Source: Intoshia linei
Taxonomy: Eukaryota; Animalia; Orthonectida
Direction: 5' to 3'
Length of the DNA stretch: 45,397 bases
NCBI GenBank assembly: GCA_001642005.1
Contig: LWCA01000160.1
Span: forward strand, 1-45,397
In this document: positions 13,257 to 24,265 of the stretch, in pieces
Layout of the letters: each line of letters opens with the position of its first letter
Numbering within the stretch: position 1 is the stretch's first letter
Translations under genes and position numbers: made by a program
The notes under the pieces: model-generated
Databases searched by the model: none
Told to the model about the DNA's origin: nothing
What the model saw: only the letters and a program-made list of their open reading frames with translations

Positions 13257-14680
13257 CTTTGGAAACATTTTTGTTCATATGAAAATCGTGCATTTTAGAT
13301 TCAGTCAAAGTAATGAAATATTCTTTTTGTGGATTCACAATAAAAAATTCGAGTATTAACGAAGAGTGCCAAATTCAAATCAATGTAAATATAGTATAGG
13401 GATAGAAATGTAATGTATTTGAACAAGGAATTGTAAATTTCAAAGTGTGTAAACATTAAAAGTAAGATTTCACATTTAATTTAACTGGAATGACTTTTAC
13501 AGATCAATTAAACTTCACATTACAGAATCATGCACTTCGACTCAGTAAAGTCCAAATTTGAAAACATAAAGTTCCCAATTTTGTTGTAAAATATTTTAGT
13601 TCTTGTTTATCACAATTTTGAAGTGAGTCTAAACTTTTGTAAATATTTTAAATTAATGTATACCTTTAATGCAATTTAATTCTATACTAATGATAGAATA
13701 TATGTACAATTTACTATTCCACTTATAGTGACAATCTTCTTTACTGTCGTTCAATATAGGGTCACAACAATATTTATCCATAAAATAACAAAAATAATGC
13801 CGGGAAAATAGGATATGACTGGGTAGGATGTTTAGAGGGTATTGTAATATATCAAATAATTCCACCATGTGAACATATAGTTTAGACAGCTCTGTATATA
13901 TATGACACAATTTAATGTTTTTATTTTTCTTGGAATACCAATTAATTCTTCCATCGTAGTAATTCAAAGCTCCATCCAAAAATGTATTTACATTTTCAAG
14001 TGCATTTTTTCTTCTTTTCACTAAATCAATAGATTTAACTGACCAAATAAAAAATCAGGACTATAAATACATTCAATATTGTACTAGATTATATCTATCA
14101 ATGATAGAATAATAACAATTTGAATAATTTCTAGTAAATGTAAATGATAAGTGCAAAAAAAGATTAATCAATGGAAACCAAGAATTTAACCTTTGAAATG
14201 GTACTTGTACAATATATTATTCTGCAGCATATTGAATATATGATATTTTTAAGTTACCAACTAATTAATATAATATACAGAATAACAGGACACATGCTGC
14301 TAATATGTCCCTAACTGCTCTGCACTGACTTGTGCTTATTCTTTAATGAATTCATTTATATTTTAATGTTAATGGTAGTTTGATAAGATTTATCAATTCT
14401 TTTCACATACAATGTTAACGATATGACCCATTTATAGTGTATTACACCCATGACCATCAAACTGGACGCTATTTATTATTATTATTATTATTAGAGAGTC
14501 GAATAAGTTTAAAATTAATAATTAGAGGGCTGATAAAATAACAAAGATTGCATACATTGTATTGGATATTTGTCTCATAAATATTGAATTAATAAACACT
14601 ATATAACACTCAAAAAAACAGTTTCACCAAATTGATTTATAATCTGAGCCATTCTCCAGCATATAAAATATAATTATTTC
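13257..14680 (-). pseudogene. Asteroid-like C-terminal half: a disrupted paralogue or downstream exons of the asteroid gene
   Basis: ORF 13653-14021 contains HIYTELSKLYVHMVELFDILQYPLNILPSHILFSRHYFCYF, which resembles the conserved C-terminal block of asteroid/ASTE1 proteins. Neighbouring segments carry in-frame stops (LENGSDYKSIW*NCF; LSRSA*FCN). Confidence 0.35.
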
Positions 14681-15019
14681 AAGTGAGTGACTTACAGGAA
14701 ATGATATCTAAGGCTCATACTCATAGATAGACTTAAAATGTGGGTATGGTAGCATGCAACATGGTTATCTGCACTATTTTGCATATAAGTAAATACTAAA
14801 ACACATTTACAGTTAAACTTTGTTACGATGTTACGCGCAAAACATGTGATAACATTTGAACATCCGTTATATCCAGGTATTCTCAACCCTTTTTCACTGT
14901 GGACCCAAAAAAAATTATATACATTGCATTCTTTACTAATATAAAATTTTTTGTTACTTTTTATTTAAAAAACACAAATTGGTAATACAGTTTTTCCAAA
15001 GTGATGCAGCATCGCAAAT

Positions 15020-15500
15020 GTCATTTTCGAAATTGAGTCCTTGAGGGTATAAAACTCAATTTCATCTTATTTTAAAAATAAAACCAACCCTAAAATTATA
15101 AAAAACACAGATCCTCCAACGCATTAAAAATTATTATTTTTAAATTTACTTTATCTATAATAATAATTAATTAAATTTTAAAAAAGGGCAATCTGGGTTT
15201 TGGTCGTTAAAATGCACTTTTTTGAGGTCAACATTTATTATTATGCTTATAATTTTAAAAACTATCCCAGAATTTGTTTTATAAAATTTTATGACTTGTT
15301 TCATTTCATTCACTGACATCAGTTTTGAAAAAACGACTTTATGTACTGAACATGTCTATAAAATGCTTAATATTTAAAAAACTGTTCAAATTTGTGCTTG
15401 TTAAAATTCTAGGAAACAGTATTTAAAAAAAAAAGTCATTTGGGATTTTCATAAATCCGTGAATTTCTGATTTTGAAGTTTGAATTTGTTGAAAACTAAA
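15020..15500. mobile_element. Two opposed fragments of Helitron-like family A
   Basis: 15020-15140 matches 4550-4680 directly. 15170-15500 matches the AAAAGGG(T/C)AATCTGGGTTTTG...TTTTGAGG...TTATG subrepeat in the opposite orientation. Confidence 0.5.
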
Positions 15501-15600
15501 AATAATAGCTTACCATGTTAGTAATCACTAAACGTTGTTTGAGAGTTACCTCTTTAGTAGTAACAAAATTTAATAGAATATCTCTGAGAGATACCCAATA

Positions 15601-17565
15601 CTAAACCAATTGAAAAATCTTTTTATAAAAAATAAACATTATGATAATTAGCACCGCCCCATTAAGCGAATGATGCACTACGCAATGACATACATGTATC
15701 GAATATTTTAAATCATAACAATAATAATAAACAGTATTACCAACTTCCCATAGAGCAAATTTTGTGTAAAAAGAACAAGTTTTGGCTTTGTAATGTTGAT
15801 AAAAATGCGAAAATGAGTTGATTTCATTATCAATTATTTGATTTGTTTCAATTGTAGTTATTTTTGGAAAACAATCCAAAGAAGAAGCACGTAAAAACGA
15901 TTCACACAAAGAACAAATATTAGATTTTCCACAAATATTATTACAACAAACGGATACTTTGTTGATCATATTTTGATTTGAATTTATATAAGAATGCACA
16001 TTGAATTCATACAAAAACACGTAATTGCTAGATTTTGAAGACTAAAAATTATTGGTAAGATTTTTAACTGTAAATAATTATTTTTAATAAATGTTCCTTA
16101 CCGGGCAACTATTAAAGAATGCAGATAAAACAAAACAAATGAGTATGCAAATAAAGCCATTAGTAGATAATTCTTTTGCTATAGTGGAATTGGCTGACCA
16201 AAGGTTCAACAAAAATATAATTGACGAAAATTGAGTAAATATAAAAAATGTAGAAGAATCATAATTTGGTTTTGCAGTGGAAAAGGTCTTTAGTGTTATT
16301 TCGAAAAATACGTCCATAGATTTGTACCGAGTCAAAGATTTTAAAGTAAAATTTTGATAAATTTGTTTCAGTCTCTTTCTTAGAGATAAAATGGTATGGA
16401 TAGAAATATTTTGATTGATAATGCTTTGGTTAAATGATGAATTAATTTTGGGAGTATCTAAATTTATTTAAATGTAATTTTGACGAATCGTACCGTAGAA
16501 AAAATTATTAGAAAGAAACGAATATACAACACCAATAAGGTAAATTATACTATAACTAGAATGAATTGTACTATTCCAAGAAGGGTAATCGCACGAAAAG
16601 GTATCACATATTGTTCCTTTTTTTAAATATTTCAGGTAAATTAAATTTTGAGATTGAATGAAACCAAACTTTTGTAGATAATAAGGATAATATTCTATAG
16701 GGTTATTTGTAAATATTTTGTCTAAATTATCGTATGTACAAAATTCAATTTGAGGAATAAGGCAAGATGTATGGAAATATAAGTCCCATATTTTCTGTAC
16801 GTTTTTTGGCAAATCACTATACATTTCAGATTCGGTATCAAATTTATTGGCATAGCAAATGCATTCTTGAAAATTATTCAATTTAGACCAAAACTCAGCC
16901 ATGGGAAAGATTTTGAATTGAAAAAATTGTTGTAATCCAACTTTTTTCAATAAATTACACTTTGTTATAATTTTTGAGTACCTTAACCGATATTTTGACA
17001 GCCCAGTTGGGCTTAAACTTTCAATTAAGTCAACAGGTGATATTGTACCTAAATGAATAGTTACACGTATTATAAAATTAAAACCAAATTTTGGTGGACC
17101 AATAAAAAAATCTGAATCGGCACTCACAACTGGGCATTTTAAGCCGTTGGCAAATTTCACGATATAATCATCGGCCGGACCATCACAATAAAAATAATGA
17201 ATGTCATTAAAATTTAAACATTCGATAAATACACTCATCAGTGAAAATTCAGCGTTAAATTTAAATTTTTCGAAATTTTTTTTTGATTTTTTCCTTTTTT
17301 TTATGGTTTCGTAGCAAATCCCATCCATGATTACGTATATGCAAACGTTTAATCTCAACAGACTGTGCATGACGTTGTTGATACGATCATAGTAGATACC
17401 AAGGCTTTTACATAATCTTTTCTTCAAAACACCATCGTTTACAAACAAGGTAGATGTGTATGCAAAATTACACCCATCTATCACCAAAGTACTATTATTT
17501 AACTGGAAATTTGTATGAATATTTGACAGCGATTTAATAAATGTACTAAAATCCTTAATTCCCAT
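15601..17565 (-). CDS. ASTE1: Asteroid homologue (XPG/FEN1-like PIN-domain nuclease family); 3' end uncertain
   Basis: The true start is MGIKDFSTFI at 17565. Motifs LVIDGCNF, YVIMDG, DGPADD and CPVVSADSDFFI are present. Further exons lie at about 16100-16460 and 15600-16040. Confidence 0.75.
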
Positions 17566-17643
17566 TTTCCATACTATTAATAAGTGAACGATAATAAAAT
17601 ATTTATTTTGTAAATACAAATCAAAAAGGTGAACCATGTTTAG

Positions 17644-18108
17644 TTAGTTGAATCTGGGTTTAAGTTTCTGCCACCTGAAAGTAAAAAAGTGTATAGTTTA
17701 TATCAAGATTTTGTATACCATTTCAAGGTGATCAGTTTCTTTGAGAAAATTATCAATATCCTCATTATCATTTGCTACCACAACATCATCGTAACCCTAT
17801 GAATTTGAAATAATATATATTTATAAAAAATAAATTACTCCCACATATTTATCACAGTAAAAAACAAACGGTGGGTTTTTGTTATTGAATAAATTCAGTT
17901 TTCTTAGTTTATCCTTGTATTCAATGTTATCATTGAGAGTATAATCAATGATATTTACTTTATAGTTTAAAGTCTTGAAAATATGACGTATAAAATCCGC
18001 TTTGGAATCTACCTAAATTTAAAAATATATAAATAAACCAAGTATAATTACGTCCGCTCTAGAAGATAACGATGAGGTAAGTATCAAAACAGAATTTTCG
18101 TCAGTCAT
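17644..18108 (-). CDS. SH3BGRL: SH3BGR-like (thioredoxin/glutaredoxin-fold) protein, missed by the ORF track
   Basis: Exons 18052-18108, 17839-18012 and from 17796 downward splice in frame to MTDENSVLILTSSLSSRADVDSKADFIRHIFKTLNYKVNIIDYT...NPPFVFYCDKYVGGYDDVVVANDNEDIDNFLKK. This matches the SH3BGR pattern PPQIF.D.Y.GDYD.F..A.E...L..FLK. The stop is at 17703, or at 17644 with a third intron. Confidence 0.7.
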
Positions 18109-18374
18109 TTTATCAATTTGTTATTGATATTTTGTTTTATGGTAAATAGAAACGCATAATCCATAAGTTTATTGAAATAAATTCAATATTTATTTTGTCT
18201 CAAACTTTAAAATGAACAGATGAATCGTTGTAACGCATTAATTGCTAATGAGTTCAATCAATAAATTATAATAGCTCAGTTGAATGTATTTTACGTTTCA
18301 GATTATTAATTAATTATAATAAAATTTACATCCTGTATACTAATTTATACAATTTGTACATGTAATTTTTATAT

Positions 18375-18718
18375 TTATTTTTTATCAATATCAGTAACAT
18401 GTTTTTCTACTTCATCTTCGACTTGTTTCAATTCTTTTATAGCTTTCCGCACGATTTCTAGTTGTTTTTTTTTTAAATTTAAAAAATATGCTTCTTCATT
18501 TGCAGCTTCTTTGGCACCAAAAGCTCCTCCACTTTTAAAGAATTATTCAATATAAATATCAATATCAATATTTACCTTGAACGAATTGACCCTCCAGACC
18601 CGCCGCCTTTATTTACTCCTGATCCCAAGTCACCAGATTTACTACTCATACTTCGAAAAATTTGCGTTTTCCCGTTTTTCCAGATATCAAAGCATTTTGT
18701 TAAATTTCTGACATTCAT
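18375..18718 (-). CDS. ATP5IF1: Mitochondrial ATPase inhibitor IF1, missed by the ORF track
   Basis: Two exons (44-nt intron at 18532-18575) give a basic presequence followed by GDLGSGVNKGGGSGGSIRSSGGAFGAKEAANEEAYFLNLKKKQLE, the diagnostic IF1 motif. Confidence 0.92.
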
Positions 18719-19194
18719 TTTTGTGATGATTACTTTATTTAATGTCAATAGGAATATGTAAATTCTTTTTTGTAAATATTACAAAATTTACTTGAATTTC
18801 AGGATACATCGTTATTAATGTAGAACTTTAGTGCCTTCGCATCATCTACAATATAGAATTTATTATCAACGTCAAAATTGAAAAAATATCCACTATGAAA
18901 CATAAGTAGTACCCATTATAATTATACATTGTATCACTGATCGTCATACTTGTCTGAAATCATAGGTATCATTTTTACATAAGCTAGGATAATTTAATAA
19001 GTTCAAATCCCATTATTTTAAATTATATTTGACATTGCCATTTGGTTAGAAAAGACTTGAATTGCTTTTCTAGCTTAAACTAACAATCCAACAATATGCC
19101 CTGTCTTCTAAAAAGGGGCTCTAAAATTTTTTTATCGCTTCGCTCTTTAAAATTTTGAAACTCAAAGCCACGAAGTGACTTAAGACGAATCTGG

Positions 19195-19568
19195 GTACTA
19201 CGTACAAACATCACCTAGCTCTGCAGAGGGCACATTTTTATTCTACCAAAAAAAAAAAATTCACGTTGATAATCTAACTTAAAAATCATACTATTCACTA
19301 GTATCAATCCTTTAAAGGAGTGCTTGTCAAACTTGTTTGATGTGGAACCGTCATATCACATTACTTTTTAATTTAAAGTGTATCATTATATCATAATTTT
19401 ATTTTGTTAACATTTGTGTAAAGAATTTTAAAAAAAATAGTTATCCCATTTTTATAATTTATTAGACAGAATGTGTAATATAATAATACATAAAAATAAA
19501 TTAAAACATTGCAATTCTAAAAATTATCATAAATAGCATAAATTCCAGAAAAATAAAATTATAAAAAT
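19195..19568 (-). repeat. About 375-bp dispersed repeat with a truncated Helitron-like 3' end, copy 1
   Basis: Colinear, highly similar direct copy of 23727-24089 (GTACTACGTACAAACA...AAATTCCAGAAAAATAAAATTATAAAAA). Confidence 0.85.
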
Positions 19569-21836
19569 TAATTATATTTTTTTATACATCGAATTAACTT
19601 AAAATTTTGGAACTAAATTTTAATTATAAATCTTGAAAAAATGTATAAGTTTGAATTGATTGTTTATAAAAAAAACGTATTACATAATACAAACGTCAAC
19701 AAATTAAAATAAATTTCATAATATATTTTTAATTAATTTTCACTAATGAATCTTATTTAATCTAAGTGATTACAATTTCAAAGCATATGTTTGCAATATT
19801 GATTAATATTATGAAAAATATGGCCCTTGACATTTTAGATGGTAATTTATCTGATAAATACACTTTTTTGCATTTAAACAGAAATTAAGTCCACTACCTT
19901 TACTTTATTTGTTGACATAGTTGAAATACACTCTAGTATAAAACATGATATGTATGTAAATGCAAATATTTGATAAGTAAGTTTACTTATTTTGTCAAAA
20001 TCGTTTAAAGATTTAGCTGAATTATTACAAGCGTTTGTATTGAAAAACATGGTAAAATGGAACACTTTATAATAATAATAATTTCTAAAGGTAAAGTGTA
20101 TGTTTAATTCTCGAAAACAGGAATTATATTCAAGTTTAAAGGCACCATTGAGAGATGATGACAATATTTATTATACTATCCTTTTTCAGAACCTTACAGT
20201 AATTTTTATTGATAGATACTATTTGAATTACACATTTAATTTTATTTAGATTTTAATGTTTAATAAAAAACTAATTTCAAAACCAAAAAAATGTTGGATA
20301 AAAGTGTCAGTCCTTAATTTAGATTTTAAAGGAAGTTACTGTGAACACGACAGTAACTTGTTTCTTTTCAATATATCTATTGACGAGTAAGCTTTTGTTG
20401 AATACTTTTTCATTTATACTAATTTAGAAATTTTGAATTTATTCCGTTATATTTCAAAGTGTCATTGTATATAAATGTAAGTAGTAATATTTATTTGGTA
20501 CTAATTTTTAGAGTATATTTATTAAGCGATGTATTGGTAAATCAAAAATCACTAACTGTAAAAAAAGTAAAGATGGTAATTCTACAATTTCATCAAGATT
20601 ATATGACAAGCATGAAACTTTTATTGGAATTGTTAATTTATACATTAATCAAAAGGTATTAAAAAACATAATTTTACATAACCGTGTTACTAGTTATATC
20701 CACCCAAAAAGGAAAGACAAACGTCGGCAAAATTGCATCCAGTAAATTTTATCATAATTGTCGCATACCAAACATTAATTGTACCATACACAAATCAAAG
20801 GTCATCAACCTATTTTCACGTCAATATAACGAAGAAACAAGATATTTAAAGACTAAAAAAGTCATTTATTGACTTTTATTGGATCCTATAAAATATTTCT
20901 TAGGCGGAATGAAGGATAGGTAGAAAAGAAAGAAAAATATGGTCAAGTGAGGCATAATATTACTGATATTCCATTAATGTTTGGTGTGTACATTGTACAG
21001 TAGAAAATATAGTTAAACCAAATTATTATCATAAATAACGTTACAAATTACTGATAATTCTTATAATGATATAAATTCGGTAAATTATTACAAACTGTAT
21101 TTATACAGTATAATTAATCTAATAACCGTTTAGACAATTCCTTACCAAATGGAAAAAAAAAAGTCAAAATCTTGCAAATTTAGTTCCAGTTCAAATCTTG
21201 TACGTTATTATATATGGTAATATTAACATATTATATAGCCTCTAACTCTCCAACCCAAAAAAAATATTGTGTCAAATTTGTTGCCGAGTTATGATGCATA
21301 TGAGATGATTTCAAAAAATCTTCAAATTCGAAAACTTTGTAATATTTTACATGATTATTGACATTTATATTATAATTGAAAATATTTATAATTTTTTAGT
21401 AAGAAATTCTAAGCATTACAATATTGAATGGATAGATAATTTAATTGAAAAATTTCCAAATATGTCAAAATTGTACACTATACGATATCACCTTATTTAT
21501 CAATTCAACGAAGAATTAACACAAGGAATTAAAGCCATAAACGTAGAGTAGGATGTAAATTTTATTGTACATTATATTCAATAAATATAATTTAAAGTTA
21601 TTACAATAGATTCAAACCTCAATTTAAGAAATAAACTCTTTCAAATATAAGAAAAATGTACTACCCTAGATAAGCTAAATTTGATTAGTTTTTCAAAAGG
21701 TTCAAAAACTGTTTTGAACCTACACTTGGTATATTGTAAACAACATTGAAATGTTATTTCGAATTTATAACTAAATGTAGATTGTAACGAGGAAACGTTA
21801 GAAAATTAATACATTTTATTATTATATACATTATGG

Positions 21837-22273
21837 CAGTGGTTCACAAATGGGGAGCCTACAGAGTCTGAGGGGGCCGCAGATTTAAGAAAAATTTTAA
21901 AATTAAATTAGAATCGTTAACATTAATTTGATTTAGTATTTGATTAATATATTCTTAAAATTCAGATTAATTTTGAATTATAATAAATTTAAATGTTATT
22001 AACCTTTACGAGAAAATAACACGTATATAAACAAAAAAGAACAATCATAAATTTACAATTGTTTATATACAAGGCCCTAGTAACTAGGGTGTCAACTATA
22101 TTAAAGTATGATTTATAACGAAAATAAAACCAGTAATATTAAAAGATAACATTATTTTAATCGCTGTTATAATAATATAATGAACATATTCACTATTTTG
22201 TACTAATTGATTTTCTCTAAAAATATTTGTATACTGTTAAGGAGGTCGACAATATATTTTTTGGCAACCACTG
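21837..22273. mobile_element. hAT MITE, 437 bp
   Basis: TIRs CAGTGGTTCACAAA / TTTGGCAACCACTG; TSD CATTATGG / CATTAAGG. The 3' half recurs at 26043-26281. Confidence 0.8.
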
Positions 22274-22281
22274 CATTAAGG

Positions 22282-23248
22282 CAGTGTTTCCCAACCTTTA
22301 CAGTTTCATGGCCCACTTTTATCCTTACGAAATTTCTACGCCCCATCATAATTTGTAACAAATATTTCCATGTAGTGTCCTAACAGAATTTTTTATGTAT
22401 ACATATTGCTGCGCAACAAACTGGGGTAAAATGTTAAATTAAAATTTAATATAGTGCACCCTTCTGATAACGAACTTAAGTAATTAGCGAATTATTAATC
22501 AATCTCTATAGATAAATGCGATAATAAAGCTATATAAGCATTAAATATATACAAAAGTTTATTTTTGCACGTGACTGCTTTAATTTATAATTAATTTAAT
22601 TATTTTTTCAATAACGAACAACGAACAGGTTTTTATAATTTTTATTTAACTTTCCCTTTGGATAATAAACATAAAAAAATAATAATGGCAAGAACAAGAT
22701 TTGACTAACCTACAAAGAGAAAAATGAACTCATTTCATTTGCAGAGAAGAATCAAAATTTCAAACAAAGAGATTTAGCTGAAAAATATCAAATATCTCTT
22801 GAAACAGTTAATACCATTTCTAAAAAAGCTCTTCCGTTATCGAAAACTTTCGTCATGAAATAAGAAAAATGAGGAAAAAAAGAAAGTTCATTGTAGATTT
22901 TTTATCTAAAAAGCAATAAATTAATTTTAAATAGTATTTGTTACATATTTTGTTCGTTATCTTTCAATAACGAACTTAAAGAAAAAATATACAAAATAAC
23001 ATACAATAAACCGAATTAATTTGTGATTTTTGTGTTTGGTGTAAATATTTTTAGTCTATCAAAAATATGCAATGTAATCAAAAACGCATGTAAAAATACC
23101 TCTAAATACATATTTAAATTTTAATCAAAATTGAGCTTATCAATGAATTTATAACAATAGAAATCATTGATAACTAATCAATAATTTTGTTTTCTAAAAT
23201 TTTTATAGCCCAACCAATTTTTCACAAGCCCCACGTTGGGAATCATTG
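22282..23248. mobile_element. Second hAT-type element starting 8 bp after the previous one
   Basis: Left TIR CAGTGTTTCCCAACC and right end GTTGGGAATCATTG. The right flank does not reproduce the TSD. Confidence 0.55.
22452..22980 (+). mobile_element. Internally deleted pogo/Tigger transposon relic
   Basis: Left end TAGTGCACCCTTCTGATAACGAACT with repeated ATAACGAAC motifs. A frameshifted CENP-B-type HTH, MARTR/LTYKEKNELISFAEKNQNFKQRDLAEKYQISLETVNTISKK (22685-22830), lies almost directly next to a pogo-like C-terminus KRKFIVDFLSKKQ* (to 22919). Confidence 0.7.
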
Positions 23249-23710
23249 TGCTAGATGGAACATACGTGCTAATTTAGCTTTGAAAGAAAGGTCAAGAAAT
23301 TTGATAAGTTTGAGAATAAATAAAAGCAAAGAATTAAGTATAGATGCCATTCAAAATTTGAACTTAATATGTAATTATTAATTTCAAAAATGTCTGAATA
23401 CATTACCAGAAAATATGTAAACCCCTTTATTTTCAGTTTTTATAAAATCTTAAAGTAAAATTGTAGTAATCTACAATTTTTAAATATATTAATTTTATAA
23501 AAATATGATAAATTAACCAATCATTTGTTAATAATTTAATTTTCAATATTTTTTTATTAAAAATTTCTTTTTCTTTGCACAACTCAACCAGAAATTTTTG
23601 AGTGAAAATTGAACTCACATAGTTTAAATATAAATACAAGCTTAATTTTTCCTACCTCAACAAGAAACTCGCAAAATGTCTACTTTTTGAAACACTCTAA
23701 TATACATACA

Positions 23711-24089
23711 CTAGGTTGACTGTCATGTACTACGTACAAACAGCACCTAGCGCTGCCGAGGGCACATTTTTATTCTACCAAAAAAATAAATTCACGTTGA
23801 AAATTTAACTTAAAATGATACTATTCACTATTATCAATTCTATAAAGGAGCGGTTCCCAAACTTGTTTTAGGTGGAACCGTCAGATCAGATTACTTTTTA
23901 CTTAGTGAATTATTCCATCTTAATTTTTTTGTCAACATTTCAGTAAAGAATTTTAAAAACAATTGTTATCCCATTTTTTTAATTCATTAGACAGAATGTG
24001 TATATAATATAAAAAATAAAGTAAAAACAGTCCAATCCTAAAAATTGTCATAAATAGTCCAAATTCCAGAAAAAATAAAATTATAAAAA
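23711..24089 (-). repeat. About 380-bp dispersed repeat with an intact Helitron-like 3' end (hairpin + CTAG|T on the minus strand), copy 2
   Basis: Plus strand reads A|CTAGGTTGACTGTCATGTACTACGTACAAACAG. It is a direct copy of 19195-19568. Confidence 0.85.
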
Positions 24090-24265
24090 CCTATTTTGTC
24101 ATTTTCAATGCGATACTATTTAACTTTGTACTATTGAACCTCGTAAAAACTGGTATTATCTGATTTGATTTTTTTAATTTAGAGTATACTATTGTATCTA
24201 TAATTATTTCAATTTTAGCATGTTGGTTTGTTTCCAGTATCGAAGATATAAACATAACAATTAAC

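Larger units (their letters stand above)
20100..23420 (+). pseudogene. Multi-exon gene(s) with a C2-like N-terminus and LRR-like C-terminal exons, apparently decaying and interrupted by transposons
   Basis: Spliced 5' exons read YTILFQNLTIL...KKCWIKVSVLNLDFKG...FLFNI...LYFKVSLY...KRCIGKSKI...LYDKHETFIGIVNLYI. Later exons (WIDNLIEKFPNMSKL; FQI*EKCTTLDKLNL; SRNLISLRINKSKELSIDAI) look LRR-like and contain stops. Confidence 0.35.

Noticed and set aside
17566-17637. N-terminal 24-aa extension of the asteroid ORF (MVHLFD...)
   Set aside because: Asteroid/XPG-family proteins start at MG(I/V), and the extension falls in the spacer or 3'UTR of the upstream gene.
10200-23420. Stop-codon reassignment as the explanation for in-frame stops
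   Set aside because: The conserved genes (CDC5L, GS, IF1, LRR, PTP) read through under the standard code. Stops are confined to introns or decayed segments and include TAA, TAG and TGA.
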